Positions 9,294 through 18,939 of a DNA stretch of 64,000 bases are shown here, in pieces (the first letter of the stretch is position 1; each line of letters begins with the position of its first letter). Under the pieces are notes generated by a model. That model searched no databases, had not been told where the DNA came from, and saw only the letters and a program-made list of their open reading frames with translations. The position numbers and the translations under genes were made by a program. This stretch comes from Candidatus Binatia bacterium. GTDB taxonomy: Bacteria > Desulfobacterota > Binatia > UBA9968 > JAJDTQ01. The stretch spans positions 1,408,001-1,472,000 of the forward strand of contig OY762897.2 of the NCBI GenBank assembly GCA_963666515.2, given 5' to 3'.

Positions 9294-10130
9294 ATGATCA
9301 AGCCCACGGCACTCAAGCGTGGCCACTACGAATGCAAGTCCCTGGACGACACGCTGCCGGTCCTCACCGATCTGCTGGCCTTCGAGGTCGTGCGGCAGGG
9401 ACCCGGTCAGGCCGCGGTGAAGCACCCCAACACCGACTGGGAGCTGGTGGTCCACGAGGGCGCACCCGAGGCCGTGGACAAGCCGCACCTGCATCATTAC
9501 GGCGTGCGGGTCGAGACCCTCGACGAAGTCAATGCGGCCTACGACTACCTCCAGTCGCAGAAGGAGCGCTACAAGCTCAAGCGCGTCAGCCGTCCACACG
9601 AGAACCACTTCGCCCACTCGGTCTATTTCCGCGAGCCCGGCGGCAACGACTGGGAGATCGAGTACTACGACCACGAGGCGGTGGAGCGGGGCCAGCGGAA
9701 CGCCATCAACCCGTGGCGCGAAAAGATGCCGGAGGAGCGGTTTCCTGGGCGCGGCTATCTCCCTCAGGCGCTGAGCCACGGCACCCGCGAATGCGACGAC
9801 AAGGAGGTCAGCGCGAAGTTCTACAGCGAGGTGCTGGGGCTGGAGATCGCCGGCGGCGGGCGGTCGTCGGTGTACATCAAGCACTTCGATACCCCTTGGT
9901 ACGTGGTGGTGCTGCCCGGGCGGACGCGCCACTACGTGTCGTCGCTGAACCGCTTCACGCTCCAGGTGGAGACGGAGCAGGAGGTGGCGGACGCGCACCG
10001 GGCGTTCCGCACTTCCGGCAAGGACATCGGCATCGGCGAGGTGCAGGATCTCCAGGAGGACAACGGCGAGGTCTCGTTCGTGTTCAGCGACCTCGACCGA
10101 AACTGGTGGGACATCTGCGCCGCCCGATAG
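9294..10130 (+). CDS. VOC family (glyoxalase/extradiol dioxygenase-like) two-domain protein
   Basis: HHYGVRVE...SVYFREPGGNDWEIE and a second repeat SFVFSDLDRNWWDI; GGAGG RBS. Confidence 0.8.
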   Translation: MIKPTALKRGHYECKSLDDTLPVLTDLLAFEVVRQGPGQAAVKHPNTDWELVVHEGAPEAVDKPHLHHYGVRVETLDEVNAAYDYLQSQKERYKLKRVSRPHENHFAHSVYFREPGGNDWEIEYYDHEAVERGQRNAINPWREKMPEERFPGRGYLPQALSHGTRECDDKEVSAKFYSEVLGLEIAGGGRSSVYIKHFDTPWYVVVLPGRTRHYVSSLNRFTLQVETEQEVADAHRAFRTSGKDIGIGEVQDLQEDNGEVSFVFSDLDRNWWDICAAR

Positions 10131-10166
10131 GGCGTCGGCTTCGGACGGCAACAGGAGAAAACGAGC

Positions 10167-10478
10167 ATGTGGTTCATCGGAATGAGGAGCGCGACCAAGC
10201 CCAGGGAAGAGTGGACCGTGACGCTGGACGATCACCTGTCCTGGATGAAGCGCCAGCACGAGGCGGGAAAGATCGTCATGTCGGGGCCGACGCCGGACCG
10301 CAAGCTCGGTATCTACCTCATACGCGCGGACTCACGGGAGGAGGCGGAGGGCATCGCCGGCAGCGACCCCTACACCGCGGCCGGTTTCTGCACGTTCGAG
10401 CTGATCGAATGGGAGCTGCACCAGGTGATGGGAGCCGGGCCGTTCTCCATGGCGGAGATCAAGGCGCACGGACGATGA
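10167..10478 (+). CDS. YciI family protein
   Basis: HLSWM...GKIVMSGP...EEAEGIAGSDPY pattern. Confidence 0.8.
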   Translation: MWFIGMRSATKPREEWTVTLDDHLSWMKRQHEAGKIVMSGPTPDRKLGIYLIRADSREEAEGIAGSDPYTAAGFCTFELIEWELHQVMGAGPFSMAEIKAHGR

Positions 10479-10481
10479 GGT

Positions 10482-11261
10482 CTACAGGGCGGCGGCTGAG
10501 AACGTGCGCCGCCAAGCGAAGGCGCGCTGCTCGAAGCGGGCGATGACGCCGTACTCGATGATCAGCATCAGGATCACGAACAAAAGCACCCACGCCAGCA
10601 CCTGCTCCATGTCGAAGCTCTCGAACCAGAAGAAGAACATGTAGCCGATGCCGAACTTGATACCGAAGGTCTCGGCCAGGGCGACGATCTTCCAGGTCAT
10701 GCCGAAGGCGTAGCGGAACGCCGACATGAGGTAGGGCATGAGCTGGGGGATGTAGACCTTCCGCAGCATCATCTGCTTGCTGGCCTTGAAGGCCTTGCCC
10801 ATGTCCATGAGGCTCTTGTCCATGGCCTTGGTGCCTTCGGCCATGTTCACCGTCACGAAGGGCGTCACCACCGCCATCACCGCCACCAGGCTGCCGGTCT
10901 CGCTGAAACCGAACCACAGCACCGCCAGGAACACCATCAGTATGGTGGGAATGGTCAGGAACAACGGGATCAGGCTCATGAGCGAGAACTCCACGGTCCT
11001 GCGGAGTCCCATGGCCAGCCCGATGCCGATGCCGGCGAGCATCGCCGCCACGAACGCGATGACGATGCGGAACAGGGTGATGCCGATGTGGAAGAAGGCC
11101 GTGTTGCCCTCGGGACCCAGCTCCACGAGGATCTTCCCCATGGTCTGAAGTATCCGGTAGGGGCTGGGCAGGACCTCCGGCGGGGTCAGCAGGGAGGCCA
11201 GCCACCAGACCACCACCAGCGTCACCATGGACGCCAGACGCATGTAGAGACGCATCGTCAT
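10482..11261 (-). CDS. ABC transporter permease (NitT/TauT family)
   Basis: Six TM segments, EAA-like loop, WKIVALAE. Confidence 0.9.
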   Translation of the reverse strand: MTMRLYMRLASMVTLVVVWWLASLLTPPEVLPSPYRILQTMGKILVELGPEGNTAFFHIGITLFRIVIAFVAAMLAGIGIGLAMGLRRTVEFSLMSLIPLFLTIPTILMVFLAVLWFGFSETGSLVAVMAVVTPFVTVNMAEGTKAMDKSLMDMGKAFKASKQMMLRKVYIPQLMPYLMSAFRYAFGMTWKIVALAETFGIKFGIGYMFFFWFESFDMEQVLAWVLLFVILMLIIEYGVIARFEQRAFAWRRTFSAAAL

Positions 11262-12040
11262 TGGTCTTGTGTCTGCTCCAGCACCGAGAAGAACTCCCGC
11301 ACCAGCTCTTTCTCCATGTCGAACAGCCGCGGGTCCTCGGGCTGCCTGGGCCGCGGCAGGTCCACCTGCACGTGCCGGAATATCCGCGCCGGCTTGGTGC
11401 TCATCATGTAGACGTCGTCTGAAAGGTAGACGGCCTCGCGCAGGTCATGGGTGACGAACAGGATCGTGGTCTTGGCCCGTTCGAGGATGTCCATCAGGTC
11501 GATGCGCATCTTGCGCGCGGTTATCTCGTCGAGATGGCTGAAGGGCTCGTCCATGAGCAGGACATCAGGCTCGATGGCCAGGGCGCGGGCGATGGCCACC
11601 CGCTGCTGCATGCCGCCGGACAGGTTGAGCGGGTAGTTGGGCTCCTGGCCCCCCAGGCCGACCATTTCCAGGTACTTGGTGACGCGGTCGCGCCACTGCT
11701 CGCGCGGCACGCCCTGGGCCTCCAGCGCGAAGCGTATGTTGTCCTCCACCGTGAGCCAGTTGAGCAGACGGGCGCTCTGGAACACGTAGCCCACGTGGAT
11801 GGCGCCGTCGGGGGACTCGGTAGCGGGGTGTACCGTGACGCTGCCGCCGTTCTCCACCTCGATGCCCGCGATGACGTTCAGGAGCGTGGACTTCCCGCAG
11901 CCGGAGGGGCCCACGAGGCTCGCGAACTCCCCCTCCTTGACGTCGAGGCTCACGGCGTCCAGCACCACGAACTCTTCGCCGCCGCCGGGAGCGGGAAACT
12001 TCTTTGTCAACTTGTCAACCTGAACGACCGTCGAAGCCAT
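11258..12040 (-). CDS. ABC transporter ATP-binding protein (NitT/TauT family)
   Basis: GPSGCGKST, LSGGMQQR, LMDEPF, VTHD. Confidence 0.93.
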   Translation of the reverse strand: MASTVVQVDKLTKKFPAPGGGEEFVVLDAVSLDVKEGEFASLVGPSGCGKSTLLNVIAGIEVENGGSVTVHPATESPDGAIHVGYVFQSARLLNWLTVEDNIRFALEAQGVPREQWRDRVTKYLEMVGLGGQEPNYPLNLSGGMQQRVAIARALAIEPDVLLMDEPFSHLDEITARKMRIDLMDILERAKTTILFVTHDLREAVYLSDDVYMMSTKPARIFRHVQVDLPRPRQPEDPRLFDMEKELVREFFSVLEQTQDQ

Positions 12041-12089
12041 GAACGATACCTGTATTGGACAATGAGATTGAATGCCGCGTGACGCGCGG

Positions 12090-12854
12090 TTACGTGGCCA
12101 CCTGGTGCCGCCAGCGGAAGGCGCGCCGCTCCCAGGACCGGAAGACCAGCACGTCCACCAGCACCATGAAGATCATGAAGCTGACGCCCCAGGCGAGCAT
12201 CAGGTCCACCCGCGTATCCTCGAAATGAATGATCAGCTTCTGGCCCACGCCGCTGCCCACGGCAAAGGCCTCTCCCACCAGCACGATCTTCCAGGACAGC
12301 GACAGCGCGATCCGCAATGATGAGAAGATGTAGGGCAGGAGCTGCGGTATGATGACCTTTCGGATGATCAGGTGCCGATCCGCCTTGTACACCTTGGCCA
12401 TGTCGATGACTTCCTTGTCGATGGCCTTGGTGCCTTCCCATACGTTGAGGGACACGAACGGGAAGACGATGAGCACCGTCGTGAAGATGGGCCCGATGTC
12501 CGAGAGCCCGAACCACAGGACCGCCAGAAAGGCCCAGCAAACCGCCGGAAAGGTCAGCGCCACCATGATCCAGCCGTCCAGGAACGCCTCCACGTGCCGG
12601 TGCATGCCCATGATCAGCCCGAGGATGCCGCCGATGATCATGGAGGCCAGGAGGCCCAGGATGATCCGCCGCAGCGTGTCCCAGACCACGACATAGGCCT
12701 CGGCCTCGGAATAGACCACCAGCAGCCTCGCTATCAGCTCCCGCGGCCCCGGCAGGAACGACGGCAGGAAGAGCAGGGACACCACCTGCCACAACAACAC
12801 GAAGCCGACGATTGTGAGGACCCCGGCGACAAGGCCGGGCTTGCCCTTGATCAT
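12090..12854 (-). CDS. ABC transporter permease (NitT/TauT family)
   Basis: Paralogue of 10482-11261; WKIVLVGE. Confidence 0.9.
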   Translation of the reverse strand: MIKGKPGLVAGVLTIVGFVLLWQVVSLLFLPSFLPGPRELIARLLVVYSEAEAYVVVWDTLRRIILGLLASMIIGGILGLIMGMHRHVEAFLDGWIMVALTFPAVCWAFLAVLWFGLSDIGPIFTTVLIVFPFVSLNVWEGTKAIDKEVIDMAKVYKADRHLIIRKVIIPQLLPYIFSSLRIALSLSWKIVLVGEAFAVGSGVGQKLIIHFEDTRVDLMLAWGVSFMIFMVLVDVLVFRSWERRAFRWRHQVAT

Positions 12855-12886
12855 GAGGAGAGCCTGTCGGAGATGGGCGCGAAGGC

Positions 12887-12928
12887 TCCGGGTCCCCGGC
12901 GCGGCCGAAGCCGTTCCGAGGACCCGGA
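12887..12928. promoter_or_regulatory. Intercistronic stem-loop between SBP and permease genes
   Basis: TCCGGGTCC (12887-12895) and GGACCCGGA (12920-12928) enclose an inner CGGC-CGAA-GCCG hairpin. Confidence 0.5.
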
Positions 12929-12942
12929 CGCCGTGACGTCGA

Positions 12943-13935
12943 CTAGTTGAGAATCAGCCCGTGCTTCTTCTTGTCCGGAACGAAGTCCAGGACGCCCCGC
13001 CGCTTCGCCATCTCGAGGAAGTTCCACTGATGGTCCACGGTTTCCTTGTCCCACTTGGCGATGAAGATCTTCTTCTTCTGCAGCCAGTCCCGGTAGACGC
13101 CGGCTTCGGCCTTGTTCTTGATGCCGGTCACCTTGGCGAACTTGGCCTCGGCCTGGTCGAAGTTCTTGGGGTTCCTGAGCCAGCGCATGGACTCCATGAC
13201 CGCACTCGCAAAGCCTGCCGCCCGCTTCGGGTCCTCATCCACCCACTCGCGCCAGCAGACCAGCGGCGCCGACCACACGATGGCCTGGCCGGTCTTCGAC
13301 TTCCAGTAGTCGTTGGGTGCGAACACCGAGCGGTACTTGTCGGGCTGCGATGCCGCCCGGACGGTCAGCGAGCTGATGTTGAACATGGAGTCCACGTCGC
13401 CGCGGTCCAGCAGTGCCAGCAGCGCGGGGGCGGCGGCCTGAACCAGGTTCATGTCCTTCTTGTTGAGGATGTCCATGCCGTGGCCGTCCATGATGACCGC
13501 GCGGGTGGCCTTGAAGGCGCCGGCGCCGGTGGACCAGGTGCCGTACTTCTTGCCCCGGAGGTCGCCGATGGACTTCACCGCGCTGTCCTTCTTGACGAAG
13601 ACCTCCTGCATGACGGTGAGGCCGCCTCCGACGATGACGAAGTCGAGCCCCTTGGTGATCCGGGCGATGGCGGCCGTGCCCGCGTACGACGAGCAGGGCA
13701 CTTCCTTGGCGGGCAGCGCGGCCATGTGTCCCTTGAAGGGGCGCACGTCCACGTCAGCATCGATGCCGTTCTTCTCGAAGATCCCGGCCAGCTCCCCCGC
13801 CAGATAGAGCATGGAGATGATGCTGTTCCGGCCGGCGGTGACCTTGACCTTGGCGAGGTCCTTGGCCGCGGCCTCGAAGGCCAGGAAACCCACCAGCGCA
13901 ATCGCCAACAATACGGTCCATGTGTAGCGTCGCAT
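12943..13935 (-). CDS. ABC transporter substrate-binding protein (SsuA/NMT1-like)
   Basis: Signal peptide, GIFEKNGID, SIGDLRGKKYG; AAGGAGG RBS. Confidence 0.88.
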   Translation of the reverse strand: MRRYTWTVLLAIALVGFLAFEAAAKDLAKVKVTAGRNSIISMLYLAGELAGIFEKNGIDADVDVRPFKGHMAALPAKEVPCSSYAGTAAIARITKGLDFVIVGGGLTVMQEVFVKKDSAVKSIGDLRGKKYGTWSTGAGAFKATRAVIMDGHGMDILNKKDMNLVQAAAPALLALLDRGDVDSMFNISSLTVRAASQPDKYRSVFAPNDYWKSKTGQAIVWSAPLVCWREWVDEDPKRAAGFASAVMESMRWLRNPKNFDQAEAKFAKVTGIKNKAEAGVYRDWLQKKKIFIAKWDKETVDHQWNFLEMAKRRGVLDFVPDKKKHGLILN

Positions 13936-14052
13936 TATCTGCCTCCTTTAGCTGGTTGCCGGTCCCACTGACCGCAACGAAAGCATTTCTTCTGTGCGAA
14001 ACACGGAGAACGACGAATACTAGTAAGTGCCCGGTGCTTTGTCAATGGCGCG

Positions 14053-15438
14053 TCAGGGTTTCAGATAGTCCTTCAGGTCCATCTTTTGCCACAGTTCCGG
14101 GTCCGGCTCGATCCTGGTCTCGAACTCCTTCTCCACCGGGCGGGTGGCGTCGATGACCAGGTGCGTGGTCATGGGGCCGCGGCCCGTGCGGGCCTCGTTG
14201 TAGGACACCGGATCGAGGTGCGCGCCCTTGACCCCGGGCATGATCAGCATGTCCTGGTCCGCCACCATCCGTGTACTGAAGGCCCACGCCACTTCGCGCT
14301 CGTTGTAGACGTCCACGTCGTCGTCCACCACCACCACGGTCTTGCCGTAGTTGTCGGTGGACACCGCCACCAGCCCGGCCTGCTTGCCCTCGCCGGGCAC
14401 CCGCTGCTGCAGCGACACGTACGTACCCAGCCAGCCCATGGTGTTGACCGCCTTGACGGTGGGGAACTGGGTCCGCAGCCGGTCGTACATGCTCATCTCT
14501 GCACTCACGTTGGGGCACAGGTTGTGCTCCACGTGGGCCGAGTCCAGGTGGTGGTAGATGGCGTCCCCGCGCATGGTGATGGCGCTCACGTCGATGACGT
14601 AGCAGGGCTTGTCGCCGACGCCGTAGTAGCCCAGGTACTCGGCGTAGGGGCCGTCGGTGGACATGGTGGAGGCGTCGATGGTGCCCTCGATGACGATCTC
14701 CGCCTGAGCCGGCACCGGCACGTCCACGGTCTCTCCCTTGACCACCTCCAGCGACTCGCCGAGATAGCCCCCCATGAGATCGAACTCCACCACCCCCTTG
14801 GCCTGGGAGGCCTGCAGCACCGCGGAGTGGTGGCCGATGACCAGCGCCACCTCCATGGGCCGTCCCAGCTCCGCGCAGCGCCGGGCGATGTAGGCGCCGT
14901 CGTTGCCGGGATTGATCATGCAGCCGAGCCGGTTCCGTCCCATCACCAGGTGGCGGTAGATGCCGGCGTTGGGAACGCCCGTGTCCGGCCACCGGGCGAT
15001 CATGAAGCCGGCGCCGATATATTTCCCGGCGTCGAGCTTCGAGTTGTGGATGATGGGCAGCACGCTCAGGTCCACGGCGTCGCCGACGAACTTCTTCTCC
15101 TTGACCGGCGCGTCCTCCTCGTCCACCCACACCGGATCCTCCCGCTGCGCCAGCTTCCTGCGCAGAACGTCGTAGATCTCCGCCCGGGTCATGCTGCGCG
15201 GGTCGCAGCCCAAGCCCCAGGCCAGCAGGCCGAAGGAGCCGAACATGTTGGTCACCAGCGGCAGCGAGCTGCCCTTGATCTCGGGGCAGTAGATCACCGG
15301 GTTGCGCCCCTCGGCCGCCAGCTTGTGCTGGATGATGCCGATCTCCAGGTAGGGGTCCAGCGGCTGGGTCACCTCGACGTAGTTGTCAGGCCCGGTCTCA
15401 CGGACCGCGCGCAGGAAATCTCGCAAGTTCGGGTTCAT
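14053..15438 (-). CDS. UbiD family (prFMN-dependent) decarboxylase
   Basis: LRDFL, NAGIYR, AEIVIEG, DGPYAEYLGYY, VVVDDDVD and IDAT motifs. Confidence 0.9.
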   Translation of the reverse strand: MNPNLRDFLRAVRETGPDNYVEVTQPLDPYLEIGIIQHKLAAEGRNPVIYCPEIKGSSLPLVTNMFGSFGLLAWGLGCDPRSMTRAEIYDVLRRKLAQREDPVWVDEEDAPVKEKKFVGDAVDLSVLPIIHNSKLDAGKYIGAGFMIARWPDTGVPNAGIYRHLVMGRNRLGCMINPGNDGAYIARRCAELGRPMEVALVIGHHSAVLQASQAKGVVEFDLMGGYLGESLEVVKGETVDVPVPAQAEIVIEGTIDASTMSTDGPYAEYLGYYGVGDKPCYVIDVSAITMRGDAIYHHLDSAHVEHNLCPNVSAEMSMYDRLRTQFPTVKAVNTMGWLGTYVSLQQRVPGEGKQAGLVAVSTDNYGKTVVVVDDDVDVYNEREVAWAFSTRMVADQDMLIMPGVKGAHLDPVSYNEARTGRGPMTTHLVIDATRPVEKEFETRIEPDPELWQKMDLKDYLKP

Positions 15439-15462
15439 CGGACAGCCTCCCTGTACAGGCCG

Positions 15463-16437
15463 CTAAACAAGCGGAAGGACCTCTTCGACGAAACGGCGGA
15501 TCTGAGCCGGCTGGTCGTGTCCGGTGAAGCGCAGCACCGGCGTGCTGATGCCCATGTCCAGCCATTCCCGCACCACCTCCGCGCATTCCTCCGGAGGACC
15601 GTGGGCGAGCCACACCCGGATGACCTCCTCGCTGGGCGGCGCCAGCGGGTAGTACGCCTGGAAGTAGTGCTTCGACTCGTCGTAGGCCGCCTGCCTGTCC
15701 TCGTTGATGTTGATCATGCCGTGAAGGCAGGTCTCGAAGCGGCCGAGGTCCCGGCCCTGCCGGTCCGCGGTTTCCTGTATGAAGTCCCAGCGGCGGCGGA
15801 ACTCGTCGGGCGCCACCGCGTCGGTCATGTAGCCGTCGCCCAGCCTGACCACACGCTCCAAGGCTCGCTTGACCAGCGCGCTGCCGTCGATGGACTGCCG
15901 CGGGTTCACCGCGATCCAGATGGGGCAGGGGCGCTGCACCGGTTTGGGCAGGATGTCGTAGTCCTCCAGGGTGTAGAAGCGCCCGCGGTGATGCACCCGC
16001 TCACCGCCCCACAGCGCGCGCAACAATTCGATCCCTTCCTCCAGACGGGGGATCCGTTCCTTCGAGGTCTGCCCGAAGGCGCGCAACTCGGGTTCATGAC
16101 CGCCGCCGATGCAGGCTCCCAGCAAGGTGCGCCCTCCGGAGACGTGGTCCAGACTCGCCCACTGGATCGCCAACTCCACCGGATGGCGCAGCGGAAAGGT
16201 GGCCATGCAGATGGTCCCCAGCCGCACGCTCCGGGTGCGAGCAGCCAGATTGGACAGCATGACGATGGAATCCAGCCGAGGCTTGTGGATGAAGCTGTCG
16301 CCCACCCACACCGATTCGAAGGCGCCGGACTCCTCCGCCAACGCCGCGGACGCGAACAGATCGTCCACCGTGGTGAGCCCGAACAGCACGCCGCGGTTGG
16401 GGAGGCTGAGGCCCCATCTTGTAGGGAGATTACGCAT
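15463..16437 (-). CDS. LLM class flavin-dependent oxidoreductase
   Basis: FESVWVGDS, LRHPVELAIQWASLDHVSGGR, PKPVQRPCPIWI. Confidence 0.9.
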   Translation of the reverse strand: MRNLPTRWGLSLPNRGVLFGLTTVDDLFASAALAEESGAFESVWVGDSFIHKPRLDSIVMLSNLAARTRSVRLGTICMATFPLRHPVELAIQWASLDHVSGGRTLLGACIGGGHEPELRAFGQTSKERIPRLEEGIELLRALWGGERVHHRGRFYTLEDYDILPKPVQRPCPIWIAVNPRQSIDGSALVKRALERVVRLGDGYMTDAVAPDEFRRRWDFIQETADRQGRDLGRFETCLHGMININEDRQAAYDESKHYFQAYYPLAPPSEEVIRVWLAHGPPEECAEVVREWLDMGISTPVLRFTGHDQPAQIRRFVEEVLPLV

Positions 16438-16674
16438 ATCTTTCCATATGTCCGATCATGCGCGCGTGGGGTCGTCCCTGTACTCTTGACAAACGCATGC
16501 GCTGACCGATTGGAACCAACCTCCTATCACGCCACGAACCCTGTTGGCCAGTCGTCAACCCGGTTGGCGGTGTCTGCGCAATGCGAGGAGTTCCCCTTCT
16601 GAGCAAGACAATTGGAATTTGCACCGTGCGTTTGGCCGTGCCATCCTTTCCGAAACTCCGGCTTCAGGGGTGTC

Positions 16675-17859
16675 ATGCTGGCGACCAATGAATTGTGTGC
16701 GTTGATCGAGGATCACGAGTCCGACCGCGTGGAACTTACGGTCTCCAAGACGAACACCGATAAGTTCGGCGAGGCGATTTGCGCCTTCGCCAACGACTTC
16801 CCCAATAACGCAAGGCCGGGCTACCTCATCATCGGCGTGGACGATCACGGGACAGTCAGTGCTGAGACCGTCAGCGACGAACTGCTACAGCATCTCGGAA
16901 ACCTGCGCTCGAACGTCAATATCGAGCCGCTGCCGGTCATGACCGTCCAGAAACACCTGTTGCCGGAAGGTGAGGTAGCGGTAGTGGAAGTCCTGCCGTC
17001 AGACCTGCCGCCGGTGCGGTACAAGGGTGTGGTCTGGATCCGTGTCGGTCCATCGCGGCGCCGCGCCAGCCAGCAGGAAGAACGGATTCTGATCGAAAAA
17101 CGGACCGCCCAGCAGCGGACCTTCGATCTCCGGCCGTGCGCGGGCTGCAAGATGGACGATCTCGTCCGGGACATGTTTCTCGTCACCTATCTGCCTGCCG
17201 CCGTGGACCGTGCAGTCATCGAGGAGAACAACCGCGCCATCGAAGAGCAGATGGCTTCGCTACGGTTTTACGATCTGACCGCGGACTGCCCCACGAACGC
17301 TGGAGCGCTCTTGTTCGCCCGGGACCCGTTACGCTGGGTGCCGGGGGCCTGGATCCAGTTCGTCCGTTGGGCGGGAACCACGATGGCAGACGACCCGATC
17401 AGCGAGAAACGGCTCAGTGGCGATCTGATTACGGTCCTGCGGGAACTGGAAGCATTGGTTTCTCTTCCAGCACAACCGCACCCGGTGGCGGAATCGGCTC
17501 TCCGGGAACGAACGGTGACCGACTATCCGCCCGCAGCCATCCGCGAACTGCTCTTGAACGCCATCATGCATCGATCCTACGAGTCAAACGCGCCGGTTCG
17601 CTTCTACTGGTACGATGACCGCATAGAGATCCAGAATCCGGGCGGTCTGTATGGCATGGCGTCACCGGAGAACTTCCCGCGGCAGACGGATTACCGAAAT
17701 CCGGTCCTGTCGGAGGCCCTGGCGACTCTTGGCTATGTCAACGCGTTCGGACGCGGCGTCATCCGTGCACAGGAAGCGTTGCGCCGCAACGGAAATCCGG
17801 AGGTGGAATTCACGTTCGAGCCTTCCCACGTGCTGGCGACCATCCGGAGGGCGGCGTGA
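16675..17859 (+). CDS. AlbA_2 (Schlafen-like) domain + RecG-C/HATPase-like domain protein
   Basis: ESDRVEL...AICAFAND...GYLIIGVDD N-terminus; YPPAAIRELLLNAIMHRSY, RIEIQNPGGL and RNPVL...G in the C-terminal part. Confidence 0.85.
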   Translation: MLATNELCALIEDHESDRVELTVSKTNTDKFGEAICAFANDFPNNARPGYLIIGVDDHGTVSAETVSDELLQHLGNLRSNVNIEPLPVMTVQKHLLPEGEVAVVEVLPSDLPPVRYKGVVWIRVGPSRRRASQQEERILIEKRTAQQRTFDLRPCAGCKMDDLVRDMFLVTYLPAAVDRAVIEENNRAIEEQMASLRFYDLTADCPTNAGALLFARDPLRWVPGAWIQFVRWAGTTMADDPISEKRLSGDLITVLRELEALVSLPAQPHPVAESALRERTVTDYPPAAIRELLLNAIMHRSYESNAPVRFYWYDDRIEIQNPGGLYGMASPENFPRQTDYRNPVLSEALATLGYVNAFGRGVIRAQEALRRNGNPEVEFTFEPSHVLATIRRAA

Positions 17860-18848
17860 AAACGATCGCTTTCTTCAACAACAAGGGCGGCGTGGGCAAG
17901 ACCACGCTGGTGTACCACTTGGCGTGGATGTACGCGGACCTCGGATTCTCGGTGGTGGCCGTGGACCTCGATCCACAAGCGACCCTCAGCACCGTATTCC
18001 TCAGGGAGGACCGCCTCGAGCAGTTGTGGCCCGACGGCGAACATCCCGACAGCATCCTGGGCGCGATTTCGCCCATCCTGCGAGGGCTTGGCGACATCCG
18101 GGAGCCGCATGTCGAACAGGTCGCTTCGAATCTCGGCCTCGTCGTCGGCGACTTGGCGCTGTCGAGTTTCGAGGCGAAGCTGTCGGCAGCGTGGCCGAGC
18201 TGTCTGAGCGGCGACGAGTCGGCGTTTCGCACAGAGTCGGCGTTCCATCGGATGATTTGCCACGCCGCCAACAAGCAGAATGCCGACTTGGCGTTGATCG
18301 ACGTCGGTCCGAACCTGGGTGCTATCAACCGGGCGGCGATCATTGCGGCGAGCTTCGTCGTGTTTCCGCTCGCCCCCGATCTTTTCTCCTTGCAGGCGCT
18401 CCGCAACGTCGGGCCGACGCTCCGGGATTGGCGCAACGACTGGCGGGACCGTCTGGAACGCCGTCCGAAGGTTTCCGATCTCGACCTTCCATCGGCCGAA
18501 ATCACCCCCGCTGGCTACATTGTGATGCAGCACGCCGTGAGCGCGGACCGTCCCGTGCAGGCGTACCAGAAGTGGATCAGGCGAATTCCAGAGGTGTACG
18601 GCAAGGAAGCGCTCAACGGTGCTGGCTGTGGCGTGTCCTCGACAGAGGACGATACCGAATGCCTGGCCACCCTGAAACACTATCGAAGCCTGATGGCCAT
18701 GGCTCACGAGGCCCGCAAGCCAATGTTCCGCCTCACCGCCGCAGACGGTGCGCTCGGCGGTCACTTCTACGCAGTGCGGGATTGTTACGAGGACTTCGAG
18801 AAGCTCGCGAAGGCGATAGCCGGCAAGTGTGATGTACGCGCCCGTTGA
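17856..18848 (+). CDS. Orphan ParA/Soj-family ATPase
   Basis: FNNKGGVGKTT deviant Walker A, DLDPQ, IDVGPNLGAINR; GTGA-coupled to the upstream gene. Confidence 0.88.
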   Translation: MKTIAFFNNKGGVGKTTLVYHLAWMYADLGFSVVAVDLDPQATLSTVFLREDRLEQLWPDGEHPDSILGAISPILRGLGDIREPHVEQVASNLGLVVGDLALSSFEAKLSAAWPSCLSGDESAFRTESAFHRMICHAANKQNADLALIDVGPNLGAINRAAIIAASFVVFPLAPDLFSLQALRNVGPTLRDWRNDWRDRLERRPKVSDLDLPSAEITPAGYIVMQHAVSADRPVQAYQKWIRRIPEVYGKEALNGAGCGVSSTEDDTECLATLKHYRSLMAMAHEARKPMFRLTAADGALGGHFYAVRDCYEDFEKLAKAIAGKCDVRAR

Positions 18849-18939
18849 GATCGGACAGAGCGATGTTCACCGCACCGAGGAAGTGCTTCGGGTGGTGGTC
18901 ACGCCATTCGTCGGTTGAAACGACTCGTATCCTCCAGCG

